DNA of 64,000 nt from Pedosphaera sp. (GCA_031414955.1 JANOQV010000152.1:21093-85092); one strand, 5' to 3'; shown: positions 38,496 through 49,440, numbered from the stretch's first letter. A program made the numbers and translations. The notes: a model not told the origin generated them from the sequence alone.

Positions 38496-40376
38496 TCAAT
38501 ACTTCATGTCCGCCACCGTGCGCCCCGCCGGGATAAACGGCAGCACATGCTCCGCGTAGGGCGTCACCACGTCGAGGACGTAGGCGGTCTTGGAGGCGAG
38601 CATGCGCTGGAGCGCGGCTTTCAAATCCTTGCGGTAGAGCACGCGCTCGCACGGGACGTTGAAGCTCTTGCACACGCGCACGTAGTCGGGATAGACCTGC
38701 GAACGATCCTCGGGATTGCCGAGGTAAGTGTGACCGCGGTTGCCGGCGAAGAAGTTGTCCTCCCATTGCACGACCATGCCGAGGTGCTGGTTGTTCAAGA
38801 TGATGGCCTTGGCGGCGATCTTCTCGACGTTCGCGGTCGCGAGTTCCTGGATGTTCATCAGGAACGAGCCGTCGCCATCAATGTCGATCACTTCCTTGTC
38901 GGGGCAGGCGACTTTCGCGCCGAGCGCGGAGGGGAAGCCGTAGCCCATCGAGCCGAGACCGGCGCTGGTGATGAGCTGGCGCGGGAATTTGTATTTGTAC
39001 CACTGCGCGCTCCACATCTGATGCTGGCCTACGCCGGTGGTGATGATCGCGTCGCCCTTGGTCAGTTCGTAAAGCAACTCGATCACCATCTGCGGCAGGA
39101 TGACTTCGCCTTCCTGGCCCTTGAGATGATCCTTCATGTGATCGCTGTGCACGATCTCGGGCGTGACTTCGTAATGGAACGCGCCCTTCTTCTTCCACTC
39201 GGTGATCTGCGCGTGCCACGCAGGATATTTCTTGGTGACCGGACGCTTGGCGATCAAGGCGTTGAGCCGCTTGAGCGCGTCCTTGATGTCTCCAACGATA
39301 GGCAAATGCGCGCGCCGGTTCTTGTTCAACTCCGCCGCATCAATATCGATGTGGACAATCGTGCCGGTCTTGCAGAACTCCTCGAACTTGCCCGTCACGC
39401 GGTCATCGAAACGCACGCCGAACGAGAGCAGCAAATCCGCGCCGTCCTTCAGCTTCACCTGCGGGTCATCGAAACTTTTGCGATAAGCATACTCACCGCT
39501 CACCGCCCAGTTCGCGAAGGCCGCGCCATGCATGCCGAGCCAGCGCAGCGAGAGCGGATGCGTCTCGGGAAAGCCGCCCAGGCCCATGATTGTGGTCGTC
39601 ACCGGAATCTGCAACGCCTCGGCGAACTTCTTCAGTTCCTCCGCCGCGCCGCTGGTGATGATGCCGCCGCCCGCGTAAATCACCGGGCGCTCGGCCTTCT
39701 CGATCAACCCGATGATTTCGTTCAGCGCCACATCGTCCGCCTTCAAGTCAGGCTGGTTGTAGCCGCGCAAATTTTTCTTCACCTGCTCCAGCGTCGGCCA
39801 CACGGGCTGCGCCTTCGCCTGCTGAATGTTCTTCGGGAAATCAATCACCACCGGTCCGGGCCGTCCCGACTCCGCGAGGTAGAACGCTTCGCGCACGATG
39901 CGCGGAATGTCGTTGATGTCGGTGATCAGATAGCTGTGCTTCACGATGGGCAGCGTGACGCCGATGATGTCCGTCTCCTGAAACGCGCCGCGCCCGATCA
40001 TGTTCTGGTTCACCTGGCCGGTGATGGCGATGAGCGGCGTGGAATCGAGATACGCGTCAGCGATGGCCGTGACGAGGTTCGTCGCGCCGGGCCCGCTGGT
40101 GCCCATGCACACGCCCGCTTTGCCCGTCGCTCGCGCATAACCCTCCGCCGCGAACGAGCCGCCCTGCTCATGGCGCGGCAGGATGGTGCGAATCTTCTTC
40201 GACTTGGTGAGCGACTGGTGGATTTCCATGCTCGCGCCGCCGGGATACGCGAAGATGACTTCGCAACCGGCGCGCTCCAGCGCCTCCACGAAAATGTCGC
40301 GGCCAAACATGGCCTGGCCGACTTCGGCGCGTTGCGTCTTCGGTTTCTTCGCTGCTGACTGCACGTTTTTGCTCAT
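38496..40376 (-). CDS. ilvB: Acetolactate synthase large subunit (biosynthetic)
   Basis: FAYPGGAS, RHEQG, TSGPGATN, GVGQHQMW, IDGDGSFLMNIQEL..NNQHLGMV. Confidence 0.95.
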   Translation of the reverse strand: MSKNVQSAAKKPKTQRAEVGQAMFGRDIFVEALERAGCEVIFAYPGGASMEIHQSLTKSKKIRTILPRHEQGGSFAAEGYARATGKAGVCMGTSGPGATNLVTAIADAYLDSTPLIAITGQVNQNMIGRGAFQETDIIGVTLPIVKHSYLITDINDIPRIVREAFYLAESGRPGPVVIDFPKNIQQAKAQPVWPTLEQVKKNLRGYNQPDLKADDVALNEIIGLIEKAERPVIYAGGGIITSGAAEELKKFAEALQIPVTTTIMGLGGFPETHPLSLRWLGMHGAAFANWAVSGEYAYRKSFDDPQVKLKDGADLLLSFGVRFDDRVTGKFEEFCKTGTIVHIDIDAAELNKNRRAHLPIVGDIKDALKRLNALIAKRPVTKKYPAWHAQITEWKKKGAFHYEVTPEIVHSDHMKDHLKGQEGEVILPQMVIELLYELTKGDAIITTGVGQHQMWSAQWYKYKFPRQLITSAGLGSMGYGFPSALGAKVACPDKEVIDIDGDGSFLMNIQELATANVEKIAAKAIILNNQHLGMVVQWEDNFFAGNRGHTYLGNPEDRSQVYPDYVRVCKSFNVPCERVLYRKDLKAALQRMLASKTAYVLDVVTPYAEHVLPFIPAGRTVADMKY

Positions 40377-40416
40377 GGCTTTGCTCTTTGTTAATCGGCG
40401 GCCCGGCGCGGGCAAT

Positions 40417-40448
40417 AAAAAACCCACGACCGTTGCCAGCCGTGGGTT
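40417..40448 (-). terminator. Attenuator terminator hairpin upstream of ilvB
   Basis: mRNA sense AACCCACGGC-TGGCAAC-GGTCGTGGGTT-TTTT. Confidence 0.88.
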
Positions 40449-40464
40449 GTTGTCGAAATCGTTT

Positions 40465-40536
40465 CTAGCTTCGACAAGCACCCACGGCGTCGCCTACGAC
40501 GACGACCAGCAGAATGTTTTGTCGAACCAGATTCAT
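40465..40536 (-). CDS. ilv leader peptide MNLVRQNILLVVVVGDAVGACRS
   Basis: 23-aa ORF with an Ile-Leu-Leu-Val4 run directly before the antiterminator/terminator and ilvB. Confidence 0.88.
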   Translation of the reverse strand: MNLVRQNILLVVVVGDAVGACRS

Positions 40537-40548
40537 TAAGTGGTTCGG

Positions 40549-40577
40549 AACTTAGCGAGGGGGTGATTTAGGGTCAA
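40549..40577 (-). promoter_or_regulatory. Sigma70-type promoter of the ilv leader
   Basis: TTGACC-N17-TAAGTT on the minus strand. Confidence 0.7.
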
Positions 40578-40801
40578 GCCCCGGTTCGAGGCGGAACTGC
40601 GTCTAGGATCCTCTGGCAGGTGACACTGCGGGCGTGGGGCCGGTCTGTTCCTGCCTCCTCAAACCCGCGTCCCGCCGGTCGGCTCAAATTTCGTGCGCTG
40701 GGATCGTCACAGCTTGCGGCCGGTTCCTGATCGACAGCTCAGGCAGTAATGTGCCCAGTGCACCTGGAGAACTCATGGCTCTTCGTCCTTCGATTCAACC
40801 T

Positions 40802-40951
40802 GAATTCCGAAGTCGAACCTTGGCCCGGCCCGTGGCCGGGGCCGAAGTCGCAGGAACTATTTCGATCCTCGGCGGGAGCAACGTGCGGCGGGTTGAAAAC
40901 CGCGCGCCGGGGCCAGGCCACGGGCCGGGCTGAGGTTCGACTTCGGAATTC
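40802..40951. repeat. MITE/REP-like element with ~36-bp inverted arms
   Basis: GAATTCCGAAGTCGAACCT..GCCCGGCCCGTGGCC (40802-40837) pairs with 40916-40951, two mismatches. Confidence 0.75.
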
Positions 40952-41005
40952 GGGATCAATCTGTGCCGGGGTCTTGGCTGGCCCGATTCATCGCGCCCGT
41001 CCCAT

Positions 41006-42055
41006 TTAAGGGATACTGCCGCCGCTCTGGTTGTACAGCGCCAGGATCTCGGCAGCCGCGAGCGCACGGCCATAGATGCGCAGTTCATCGATGGAACCGT
41101 TCAGGTAATGGTTGTAAGCACTGCCGAAGTTATCGAACATCATGCCGATGGTATGCGAGTCGCACGAGAGAGATCCCATGTTACTGACGCGTTGAGACTG
41201 CTGGAGCACTCCATTGATGTAGAACGAATAGGTTCTGTTATTTCCCACTCCGACCAGATGGTACCACTGGCCCGCCACCATGGGATTCGACGGGAGGTTT
41301 TGCAGCATCAATTCGTGGCACGCGCTGTCCCTGACTTGCAGTGTCATAGTCTGGTCGAGGTCGCCTTCCCAGTGGATGAGCAGGTTCCGGCAGTCTTCGG
41401 TTGACCGCTTCTGGCTGTAGATGGTGCCGGAAGTATTATTGGTGACGTTATTGAGCTTGGCCCACACGCTGAGGGTCCAATTCCCGTCCACATCCACGCC
41501 TTGGGGCAGGTAGATTCCCTGCCCGATGGTGGTGGGAGCGATTTCTCCCGGCGCGACGATGCCGTGGTAAAGGTAAGCTCCGGCGAATCTGCTGTGGGCG
41601 GTCCATGGCGGTGCCTGCGGCAGCGTTCCGGACGTGTTGCTTCCGAGCGTGCCGTGGTGCCCCAGGCCGCTGCGGTCCTGGACGCAGCCCGCCGCGCTGT
41701 TGGTGCATGGTTCGTCGAAGGTGTAGTGGGCTCTCAGTCCCACCTCCAGGGAAGGTTGCGAGTCGAGCAGGCGAAAGAAACGCGCACGGTTGCTGTTACC
41801 CAAGGTCGATGAGCACTGAGCATTGGTGACGTAGATCGGGCCGGTTACAGGCGACCAAGTGGTGGGGGAATTCAAGTTCGTGGTGCTCCAAGCTTCAAAG
41901 TAGATGGCCCACGACGGCCAGCGAAGCGTCATCAGGTTGTTCGTTTGCGAGATCTCAAGGCCAGGCCGGTTGGTCTCAGCGCCCCTGGCGGAGTTGGAGT
42001 CAAGCGCCCAGGCGAAAGCCAGGGCGGCGAGGAGATGGCAATGGATCATGGTCAT
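41006..42055 (-). CDS. Secreted LamG/concanavalin-like domain protein with an N-terminal RFFR domain
   Basis: Signal peptide; GLRAHYTFDE, WTLSVWAK, WYHLVGV, FYINGVL, GSIDELRIYGRAL. Confidence 0.8.
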   Translation of the reverse strand: MTMIHCHLLAALAFAWALDSNSARGAETNRPGLEISQTNNLMTLRWPSWAIYFEAWSTTNLNSPTTWSPVTGPIYVTNAQCSSTLGNSNRARFFRLLDSQPSLEVGLRAHYTFDEPCTNSAAGCVQDRSGLGHHGTLGSNTSGTLPQAPPWTAHSRFAGAYLYHGIVAPGEIAPTTIGQGIYLPQGVDVDGNWTLSVWAKLNNVTNNTSGTIYSQKRSTEDCRNLLIHWEGDLDQTMTLQVRDSACHELMLQNLPSNPMVAGQWYHLVGVGNNRTYSFYINGVLQQSQRVSNMGSLSCDSHTIGMMFDNFGSAYNHYLNGSIDELRIYGRALAAAEILALYNQSGGSIP

Positions 42056-42426
42056 ACCATGTGAGCGTGGTTCGCCACGCGCCACAACTCATACGGAAAC
42101 TCTGGCTCTGGCTCAGGCGGAACGTCGGCCGGCTTGCCCTGGCCTCCAAACAGGCGATTGAAAAATCCCATGCCGCGACCCTAGCGAAACTTCGACCTGA
42201 GGAAATCAAATTTCCCATCGTCCCGATGAGTGAGTGTCGATTGCGAGGACTGCCCTGGTTCATGGCCAACCGCAGCATGGCCACCGTGGTGGGGCTGCGT
42301 TGCGGCGCCGCCTTTCGCCCCGTCGAACGATGGCGGACCTGCTGGTCCGCCAGCACACCGGACGGATCTATTTGTAAAATTACTGACAGAAATTGCTTTC
42401 TGCGGTGTCCTTGTTCGCGAACCTTC

Positions 42427-43740
42427 ATGAGCAACTTGAAACGAAAGTCCCGCCGGCGATCGCTGCTGATCATCACGCTGCTGATCTTCGCCGGCCTGGG
42501 CACGGGCGCTTATCTCCATTTCCGCAAGCGCGAAGTCATCATCACGGTCCAGACTGAGGAGGCTGCGCGCAGGAACATCACGGAGTTGGTCGTGGCCAAC
42601 GGAAAAATTCAACCTGTGGTCCAGGTGGTGATCAACCCGGAGGTGAGCGGGGAGATTATTGAGTTGCCGGTCAAGGAAGGGCAGCCGGTGAAGAAGGGCG
42701 ACCTGCTGGTGAAGATCAAACCGGACAATTACCTGGCCAGCCGAAACTCGGCCGAGGCGAACTACAAGTCCTCGATGGCCGGCAGGACGCTGGCGCTGGC
42801 CAATCTGCGCAAGGCGGAGATCGAACTGAAGCGCGCCAAGGAACTCTCCGTGACCAGGCTGATTTCCGAATCACAACTGCTCGACGCGCAGACGTCGTTC
42901 GAGGTTATGCAGGCCAGCGCGGAGACCAGCGTCCATCAGGCGGCGCAGGCCGCCGCCGCGCTGGCCAAGGCCGAGGATGACTTGGCCAAGACGACAATCA
43001 ATGCGCCGATGTCCGGCATCGTGACCAAGCTCAAGTCCCAGCGCGGCGAGCGCGTGGTGGGCACCGCCATGATGGCCGGCACCGAGATCATGACCATCGC
43101 AGACCTGGAAGAGATGGAGGCCCGCGTGGACATCGGCGAGGTGGACGTGGTGCTGATCAGTCTCGGGCAGGTGGCGCGGCTGGAAGTGGATGCTTTTCGC
43201 GACCGGAAATTTACCGGGCGCGTCACGGAAATCGCCAACTCATCCAAGACGGCCGGGTCATCAAGCGGTTCCTCCAGCTCATCGTCATCGCAGTCTCAGG
43301 AGGCGACCAAGTTTGAGGTCAAGATTCGCGTGCAGGAGAAGGAAGTGTTTCGACCCGGCATGTCGGTGACGGCGGAAATCGAAACACGTTACCGCACGAA
43401 CGTGCTGGCCATTCCAATTCAAAGCGTCACGACGCGGGTGCCGACCAATGCCCCGGCCAGGGCGTCGTCGGCCGTGGTCACAATCGGGGGTGGCAAGGAG
43501 CCGGAGAAGAAAGCGAAGCCCATCGAGGTCGTGTTCGTCCTGGAAGGCGATCAGGTGAAGATGCTCCCGGTGAAGCGCGGCGTCAGCGACGACGGCCATG
43601 TCGAAATCACGGAAGGACTGGAGGAAGGCGCGGAAGTGATTTCGGGCGGTTACAAGGCGATTAACCGCGAGCTGGAAGACGGGAAGAAAGTCAAAGTCGG
43701 GGTGCCGGATGAGAAGCCCGACGAGAAGGAGAAGAAGTAA
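42427..43740 (+). CDS. MacA-like periplasmic adaptor subunit
   Basis: N-terminal transmembrane helix, [35 protein letters not shown]. Confidence 0.9.
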   Translation: MSNLKRKSRRRSLLIITLLIFAGLGTGAYLHFRKREVIITVQTEEAARRNITELVVANGKIQPVVQVVINPEVSGEIIELPVKEGQPVKKGDLLVKIKPDNYLASRNSAEANYKSSMAGRTLALANLRKAEIELKRAKELSVTRLISESQLLDAQTSFEVMQASAETSVHQAAQAAAALAKAEDDLAKTTINAPMSGIVTKLKSQRGERVVGTAMMAGTEIMTIADLEEMEARVDIGEVDVVLISLGQVARLEVDAFRDRKFTGRVTEIANSSKTAGSSSGSSSSSSSQSQEATKFEVKIRVQEKEVFRPGMSVTAEIETRYRTNVLAIPIQSVTTRVPTNAPARASSAVVTIGGGKEPEKKAKPIEVVFVLEGDQVKMLPVKRGVSDDGHVEITEGLEEGAEVISGGYKAINRELEDGKKVKVGVPDEKPDEKEKK

Positions 43741-43741
43741 G

Positions 43742-44458
43742 TTGAGCCTCATCCGACTCCAGAACATCTCGCGGCTCTACCAGATGGGTTCGGAAACCAT
43801 CCATGCCTTGCGCGATGTGTCGTTGGAGATCGCGCGCGGCGAATACGTCGCCATCATGGGGCCATCCGGTTCGGGCAAGTCCACCATGATGAATCTCATC
43901 GGCTGCCTCGACTCTCCGACCTCCGGCACCTACGAGTTGAACGGCACCGACGTGAGCGAGATGGACGACAACGCGCTGGCCGAAGTGCGCAATCGCGAGA
44001 TCGGTTTCGTCTTCCAGACTTTCAACCTGCTCCCGCGCTCCCACGCGCTGCACAACGTGGAGCTGCCGCTCATTTACGCCAGCATGGACGTCGATGAGCG
44101 GCGTGAATTGGCTCGTCAGGCGTTGCAGAAGGTGGGCCTGGCCGACCGCATGTATCACCGGCCCAACGAGCTTTCCGGTGGACAACGCCAGCGCGTGGCG
44201 GTGGCGCGAGCATTGGTCAACAAGCCGTCCATCCTGCTGGCGGATGAGCCGACGGGAAACCTGGATTCCAAGACTGGCCTCGAGATCATGGCGTTGTTCG
44301 GGGAATTGTCGCGCCAGGGCCACACCATCATCCTCGTCACGCATGAGGAGGAGATTGCGCGGCAGGCCCGGCGGGTGGTGCGCATCCGCGACGGGTTGAT
44401 CGCGGCGGATGAAGCAATGACCCGGCCCGCAGTGGATGCGGCACCGCCTTCGCCATGA
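43742..44458 (+). CDS. ABC transporter ATP-binding protein (MacB/LolD type)
   Basis: [33 protein letters not shown] start. Confidence 0.93.
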   Translation: MSLIRLQNISRLYQMGSETIHALRDVSLEIARGEYVAIMGPSGSGKSTMMNLIGCLDSPTSGTYELNGTDVSEMDDNALAEVRNREIGFVFQTFNLLPRSHALHNVELPLIYASMDVDERRELARQALQKVGLADRMYHRPNELSGGQRQRVAVARALVNKPSILLADEPTGNLDSKTGLEIMALFGELSRQGHTIILVTHEEEIARQARRVVRIRDGLIAADEAMTRPAVDAAPPSP

Positions 44459-45675
44459 GGCTGGTCGCTGAATTCACCGAGGGCATGGCCATCTCGGCCC
44501 ACGCCATTTGGGCCAACAAGTTGCGCTCAGCCCTCACGACCCTGGGCATTGTCATCGGCATCGTCACCGTGTCGCTCATGGCGATGGCCATTGATGGATT
44601 GCGCCAGCAGTTCCTGCGCAGCGTCTCGGCGCTGGGCGCGGATGTGTTTTACGTGGAGAAGTTTCCGTGGGAGCGCACCGCAGCATGGTGGAAGATCAAA
44701 AACCGGCGCGACTTCGAGGTCGGCGACATTCGATTCATTCAGAACGAATCCACGCATGCGGTTGCCGTCTCCGTCGAATCCTCCATCACGCTGCCGGTGC
44801 GCTACAAGGATCGCGCGTCGTCGGGCGTATGGACGGTCGGCAATAATGAGCAGAGCGCCCTGGTGCGGCAGTTGAATCTGAAGGAGGGCCGCTTTTTTTC
44901 CGAGGCCGAGGTTCGCGGCTCGCGGCCCGTGTGCGTGCTGGGTTCCGAGATCCATGACCGGCTGTTCCCCAACGGCGGCGCGCTGGGTGAGCGCATTCAG
45001 CTCGGCGGGAAATCGTTTGAAGTCATCGGCGTGAACGAGAAGTTCGGACAGTTCCTTTTCGGGAACATGGACAACCAGGTGATCATTCCCATCACGCGCT
45101 TCAGCTCTGATTTCATGGCGCGACCTTACGTCTTCTTCATGGTCAAAGTGCGCGATGCGGCGAAGATCGGCGAAGCCATGGAGGAGATGCGCGGCATCCT
45201 CCGGAAGCTGCGCAAGGTGCCGCCCGGCGCGGAAGACGACTTCGCGCTCAATCAGCAGGACATGATCATCAAGCAATTCGACAAGGTCGGAGCCATTATC
45301 GCTTCGGTCGGATTGTTCGTGACCGGCTTGTCGCTGTTCGTTGGCGCCATCGGCATCATGAACATCATGTTCGTGTCAGTGGCGGAGCGGACCAAGGAGA
45401 TCGGCATCCGCAAAGCCATCGGGGCCAAGCGACGCACCATCCTGATTCAGTTTCTGATCGAAGCGGCGGCCATCTGCTTGATTGGCGGAATGATCGGCCT
45501 CGGCCTCGCGTGGGGTGCGAGCCAGGCCATGCAAAAATTTCTTCCGGCCACCATGTCAATCAAGGTCGCTGCGTTGGCCATGCTCGTCTCGCTTATTACG
45601 GGCGTGGTGGCGGGATTTTTCCCGGCGTATCGGGCGGCGCGGATGAACCCGGTGGATGCCTTGCGCGCGGAATGA
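44455..45675 (+). CDS. ABC transporter permease (MacB/FtsX type)
   Basis: [45 protein letters not shown]. Confidence 0.92.
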   Translation: MRLVAEFTEGMAISAHAIWANKLRSALTTLGIVIGIVTVSLMAMAIDGLRQQFLRSVSALGADVFYVEKFPWERTAAWWKIKNRRDFEVGDIRFIQNESTHAVAVSVESSITLPVRYKDRASSGVWTVGNNEQSALVRQLNLKEGRFFSEAEVRGSRPVCVLGSEIHDRLFPNGGALGERIQLGGKSFEVIGVNEKFGQFLFGNMDNQVIIPITRFSSDFMARPYVFFMVKVRDAAKIGEAMEEMRGILRKLRKVPPGAEDDFALNQQDMIIKQFDKVGAIIASVGLFVTGLSLFVGAIGIMNIMFVSVAERTKEIGIRKAIGAKRRTILIQFLIEAAAICLIGGMIGLGLAWGASQAMQKFLPATMSIKVAALAMLVSLITGVVAGFFPAYRAARMNPVDALRAE

Positions 45676-46961
45676 ACACCACGCCCCGGCCAGCACGAAC
45701 CCGCCCGAGGAAGTCCGCGCTCCTGCGGGCCGAACTGCGCGAGAGCTTCTCCATGGCCTTGGGCGCGCTTTCGGCCCACAAGCTCCGCTCCGCGCTCACG
45801 CTCCTCGGCGTCACCGTCGGCGTGTTCTCCATCATCGTGGTCATGACGGCGATGCGCGTGTTGCAATCGAACATCGAGAAGGAGATGAGCCAGCTCGGGG
45901 CCAACACCTTCAGCGTGCAGAAGCATCCGGCCATTTTTGTTCACGGTCGGGAGGGCTGGGAGCGGATTGCGCGGCGCAAGAACATCACCTGGCAGCATGT
46001 CCAGGCGCTTCGGGACAAGGCCACCCTCGCGCAAAGCATCGCCGTGGAGAGTTACTTCTCTCGCGACCCCATTTCGTCGCGCTTCGCCAGCATGGACGTG
46101 GACGTGCCCATGCTGGGCGTCTCCCCGGAATCGTTCTCGGCCAAGAACTGGAACGTCGAGCAGGGGCGCGCCATCATGAGTTCGGACCTGGACAGCACAC
46201 GCTCGGTCTGCGTGCTGGGCAGCACGGTGGCCAAAACGCTTTTTCCGAACAGTTCCGCCGTGGGCGAGAAGGTGAAGTTTCGCGGCATCAATTACTTCGT
46301 GGTGGGGGTGCTCGAATCGCGCGGCAAAACGCTCGGCGGCGATCAGGATTCCTTCCTCGCCATCCCGATCACCACGGGGCTGAACCGCTTTGGGATGCAC
46401 TGGCGCAGCCTCACCATCCTGGTGCAGGCGGAGAATGCGAATCGAATGGACGACACCATGGAACAGGTGCGTGGCGTCCTGCGCGCCATCCGGAAAGTGC
46501 CGCCCCAGGAGGAAGACGACTTTGAAATCTTCAGCAGCGATTCGCTCATCGGGCAGTTCCGCGCCATCACCTTCGCGGCCCGCGCGGGCGCGGCGATCAT
46601 CAGTTCCATCGCCCTGCTCGCGGCCGGCATTGGCATCATGAACATCATGCTCGTCTCCGTGACCGAGCGGACCCGCGAAATCGGCGTGCGCCGCGCGGTA
46701 GGGGCGAAGAAGCGGAACATCCTCACCCAGTTCATCAGCGAGGCCATCATCATCTGCCAGATCGGGGGATTGATTGGCGCCTTTCTGGGCATCGCCGGGG
46801 GCAACGCCGCGGCCTTCGCCTTCAAGGTGCCGCCAGTCTTTCCTTTCGACTGGGCGCTTTACAGCATCCTCATCTGCACCGCCGTGGGACTCATCTTCGG
46901 CACTTATCCGGCGATCAAGGCCGCGAACATGGACCCGGTGGACTCGCTGCGCTACGAGTGA
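45672..46961 (+). CDS. Second ABC transporter permease (MacB/FtsX type)
   Basis: HKLRSALTLLG, GIMNIMLVSVTERTREIG, DPVDSLRYE; ATGA overlap with the previous gene. Confidence 0.92.
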   Translation: MNTTPRPARTRPRKSALLRAELRESFSMALGALSAHKLRSALTLLGVTVGVFSIIVVMTAMRVLQSNIEKEMSQLGANTFSVQKHPAIFVHGREGWERIARRKNITWQHVQALRDKATLAQSIAVESYFSRDPISSRFASMDVDVPMLGVSPESFSAKNWNVEQGRAIMSSDLDSTRSVCVLGSTVAKTLFPNSSAVGEKVKFRGINYFVVGVLESRGKTLGGDQDSFLAIPITTGLNRFGMHWRSLTILVQAENANRMDDTMEQVRGVLRAIRKVPPQEEDDFEIFSSDSLIGQFRAITFAARAGAAIISSIALLAAGIGIMNIMLVSVTERTREIGVRRAVGAKKRNILTQFISEAIIICQIGGLIGAFLGIAGGNAAAFAFKVPPVFPFDWALYSILICTAVGLIFGTYPAIKAANMDPVDSLRYE

Positions 46962-46976
46962 GTTGCGGCTGACCTG

Positions 46977-47426
46977 ATGAACACGCCCGCCAACCCTGAA
47001 GGAAAATTCTCCCTCGGTCGGTGGCATCGGCTCGCGCTCAAGGGCGGCCTCGCCTACTGCGTCGTGAGCATCGTGACGCTCCCCTTCATCGGTTCAGTCT
47101 GGCTCGGCGAAATTCCGCTGCTGGCCTTGATTCAACTTCCGAAGATCGGTGTCGCGAGCTGGCTGCGCGAGCATGTCGTCATGGAGGTGATCAAGATGCT
47201 CGGCTGGTCGAAAGGCTCCTTTTCGCCGGACTACGCAATGGCGCGGCCTTACGGTCTGGGCCTCGCCTACTCTATCCCGCTGATGCTTGTCTCGCTGAGC
47301 CTGCTGCCGCCCGGCTGCTCCTCGGGACGGCATCGCCGGCTGACGCTCATCTTCTTCGCGGCGCTGCTGGTGGATGGCGTGTTCACTTATGTCTTCACCG
47401 ACCGCCGTTCGTTCAGCCTCTACTGA
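46977..47426 (+). CDS. Hypothetical membrane protein
   Basis: 149 aa with 3-4 hydrophobic segments, following the permease. Confidence 0.6.
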   Translation: MNTPANPEGKFSLGRWHRLALKGGLAYCVVSIVTLPFIGSVWLGEIPLLALIQLPKIGVASWLREHVVMEVIKMLGWSKGSFSPDYAMARPYGLGLAYSIPLMLVSLSLLPPGCSSGRHRRLTLIFFAALLVDGVFTYVFTDRRSFSLY

Positions 47427-47509
47427 AGTGGTGCATCGGCTCAGTTCTCGATTCGGCCGGCCTGCTTGAGTGAGACGGGCTTGTGCTTCTGGATTTCAAG
47501 GGCGCTCGC

Positions 47510-48121
47510 TCACTCATACCACCACACGCCTTCGCGGCGGATGATGGCGCGACGAATGGTCACGCCCTGGATGTTGGTGCCGGGCGTGTTTTTGTAGAAA
47601 TAAATCCGGAGCGTCTCGATCGTGTTGTTGGTGCCGAGAGTGAAGTGTTGTGACCCGAAACCAACGCCGGCAGCAAAGTTCGGCACCTGGATTAATCCCA
47701 AGGCGCGATGGAACAGGTTGGTGAAGGTGGCATCGTTGCGAATGGCGGCCAGCTCGGCATCGCTGGGCAGGCGCGGGTGGTAACCGTGGATGGTGCCCGG
47801 CTTCAGTCCGTTGGTATCACGCTCACCGATCCACCATTTGGCGTCAAAAAACGCGAGGCGGAAATCGCTGAGCACCTGCGCCGTGTCGAAACGGAATTGG
47901 CGGTCCGGAGAGCCCACGCCCGGCGGGCCACCGCTAAAAGTAATTTTCTCCCTTCCGGTCCAGACCTTCGGCAGCGCGTACAGGCCGGGAGGATTCGTGG
48001 ACATGGCCACGACGACCGGATCAAAGACGTGTTTTGGTTTTGTGGTGGTCTCGGCGCAGCCGCCGCTTGAGACGGCCAGCAAAACCAGCAGCGGAATGTT
48101 GATGAGCGGGGCACGAATCAT
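47510..48121 (-). CDS. Hypothetical exported or lipoprotein
   Basis: Hydrophobic N-terminus ending SSGGC; co-oriented 13 bp downstream of the lactonase. Confidence 0.55.
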   Translation of the reverse strand: MIRAPLINIPLLVLLAVSSGGCAETTTKPKHVFDPVVVAMSTNPPGLYALPKVWTGREKITFSGGPPGVGSPDRQFRFDTAQVLSDFRLAFFDAKWWIGERDTNGLKPGTIHGYHPRLPSDAELAAIRNDATFTNLFHRALGLIQVPNFAAGVGFGSQHFTLGTNNTIETLRIYFYKNTPGTNIQGVTIRRAIIRREGVWWYE

Positions 48122-48134
48122 CCTCGGCCGCCGT

Positions 48135-49211
48135 TCACCAGCCCGCGCCCTTGGTCTTGGTCTTGATGCGGCAGAGATACATGTCGGCCGTGATGTAGAG
48201 CGTGGAGCCGTCGTCGCCCCAGGCGCAGTTGGCGGTGGCCTCGCCCGTGAGCAAGGTGCCGAGGTGTTTGCCCTCGGGCGAAATGATCAGCACGCCGCCC
48301 GGCCCCGTGGCCCAGAGGTTGCCGGCCTTGTCCACCTTCAAGCCGTCGGGCAGGCCCTTGAGTTTGCCGACCATCGAAGTCGCGTCGATCAACACGCGTC
48401 CGGTGCCGAGCGTGCCGTCGTCCTTGACCGGGTAACTCATCCAGATGGCTTTCTTCGGATCGCTGCTGGCCACGTAGAGGGTCTTCTCGTCGGGCGAGAA
48501 GGCGAGACCGTTCGGCCGCGTCACTTCGTCGGTCAGGAGCGTGACTTTGCCATCGGCCGCGACGCGATAGACGCCCTGGAAAGGGATTTCCTTGGTCGGG
48601 TCGTTGACGTTCTTCGGCAAACCATACGGCGGGTCGGTGAAGTAAAGGTCGCCGTTGGATTTCACCACCACATCATTGGGACTGTTAAAACGCTTGCCCT
48701 CGTACTTGTCCGCCACAGTGACAAACTTGTCTCCCTCCCAACGGGCCACGCGGCGGTCGCCGTGCTGACAGGCAACGAGGCGGCCCTGCTTGTCTCGGGT
48801 GAGTCCATTCGAGCCAGGCTCACCACCGCGCGGCGTGGTGCCGGTGTAACCGCTCGGCGAAATGTAGATGAGGGCCCCACTCTTCGGTTCCCATTTGAAA
48901 ATCGCGTTCATCGGTACGTCGGAAAAGAGCAGGGAATTGTCGGGCATCCAGACGGGGCCTTCCGACCAGTCGAAGCCCTCGGCGAGTTTTTCCATCCGCG
49001 CATCCTTCGTGAGCAGCGCATCCAGGGCCGGGTCGAGGCGTTCAATCTTGCCGAGCGGGCCAGAGGCGGAGCGCACGGTGATGGGGGCATTCGTATTGTT
49101 GCGCGTGGGCGTGAGGACCAGGCCTGCGGAGGAGGCGGCAAAGGGACATTTGCAGGAAGTCAGGAGGCCGGATGCCACGACGAAAAAAAACGCGATGAAT
49201 TTTGTGTTCAT
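48135..49211 (-). CDS. SMP-30/gluconolactonase family lipoprotein
   Basis: LLTSC lipobox, WSEGPVW, GSNG, NSPND, PNGLAFSPD, PDGLKVD. Confidence 0.92.
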   Translation of the reverse strand: MNTKFIAFFFVVASGLLTSCKCPFAASSAGLVLTPTRNNTNAPITVRSASGPLGKIERLDPALDALLTKDARMEKLAEGFDWSEGPVWMPDNSLLFSDVPMNAIFKWEPKSGALIYISPSGYTGTTPRGGEPGSNGLTRDKQGRLVACQHGDRRVARWEGDKFVTVADKYEGKRFNSPNDVVVKSNGDLYFTDPPYGLPKNVNDPTKEIPFQGVYRVAADGKVTLLTDEVTRPNGLAFSPDEKTLYVASSDPKKAIWMSYPVKDDGTLGTGRVLIDATSMVGKLKGLPDGLKVDKAGNLWATGPGGVLIISPEGKHLGTLLTGEATANCAWGDDGSTLYITADMYLCRIKTKTKGAGW

Positions 49212-49440
49212 AAACTTTGGGTAAACCGGGCGCGAGCCTCGCGACCGTGTGCCGGGGGGTCAAGGTGAAAGGCCGGATGCCTTGGACTACACGGAGACAT
49301 GACTAGCGGCGGCGGCGCTGGTGAGAGTATTCGCGATGCTGGGGGCTTACAGATCCGTGCGGTCGAGGCGAGGCCCGACGGGGCCACGACCAGTCGGGCG
49401 GGCGGAGTTTTCGTCGGACCGCTGCTGATTCAAGCGGGGT

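Noticed and set aside
38547..40358. 603-aa plus-strand ORF opposite ilvB
   Set aside because: Antisense shadow of a conserved gene.
42061..42426. Long N-terminal extensions of the macA-like gene (likewise OPT, uxaE, ilvB, comM) in the ORF track
   Set aside because: Family-like sequence, and for several genes promoter spacing, indicate downstream starts.
43255..43300. Poly-Ser tract in the adaptor protein as a phase-variable repeat
   Set aside because: Encoded by mixed Ser codons; an ordinary flexible loop.
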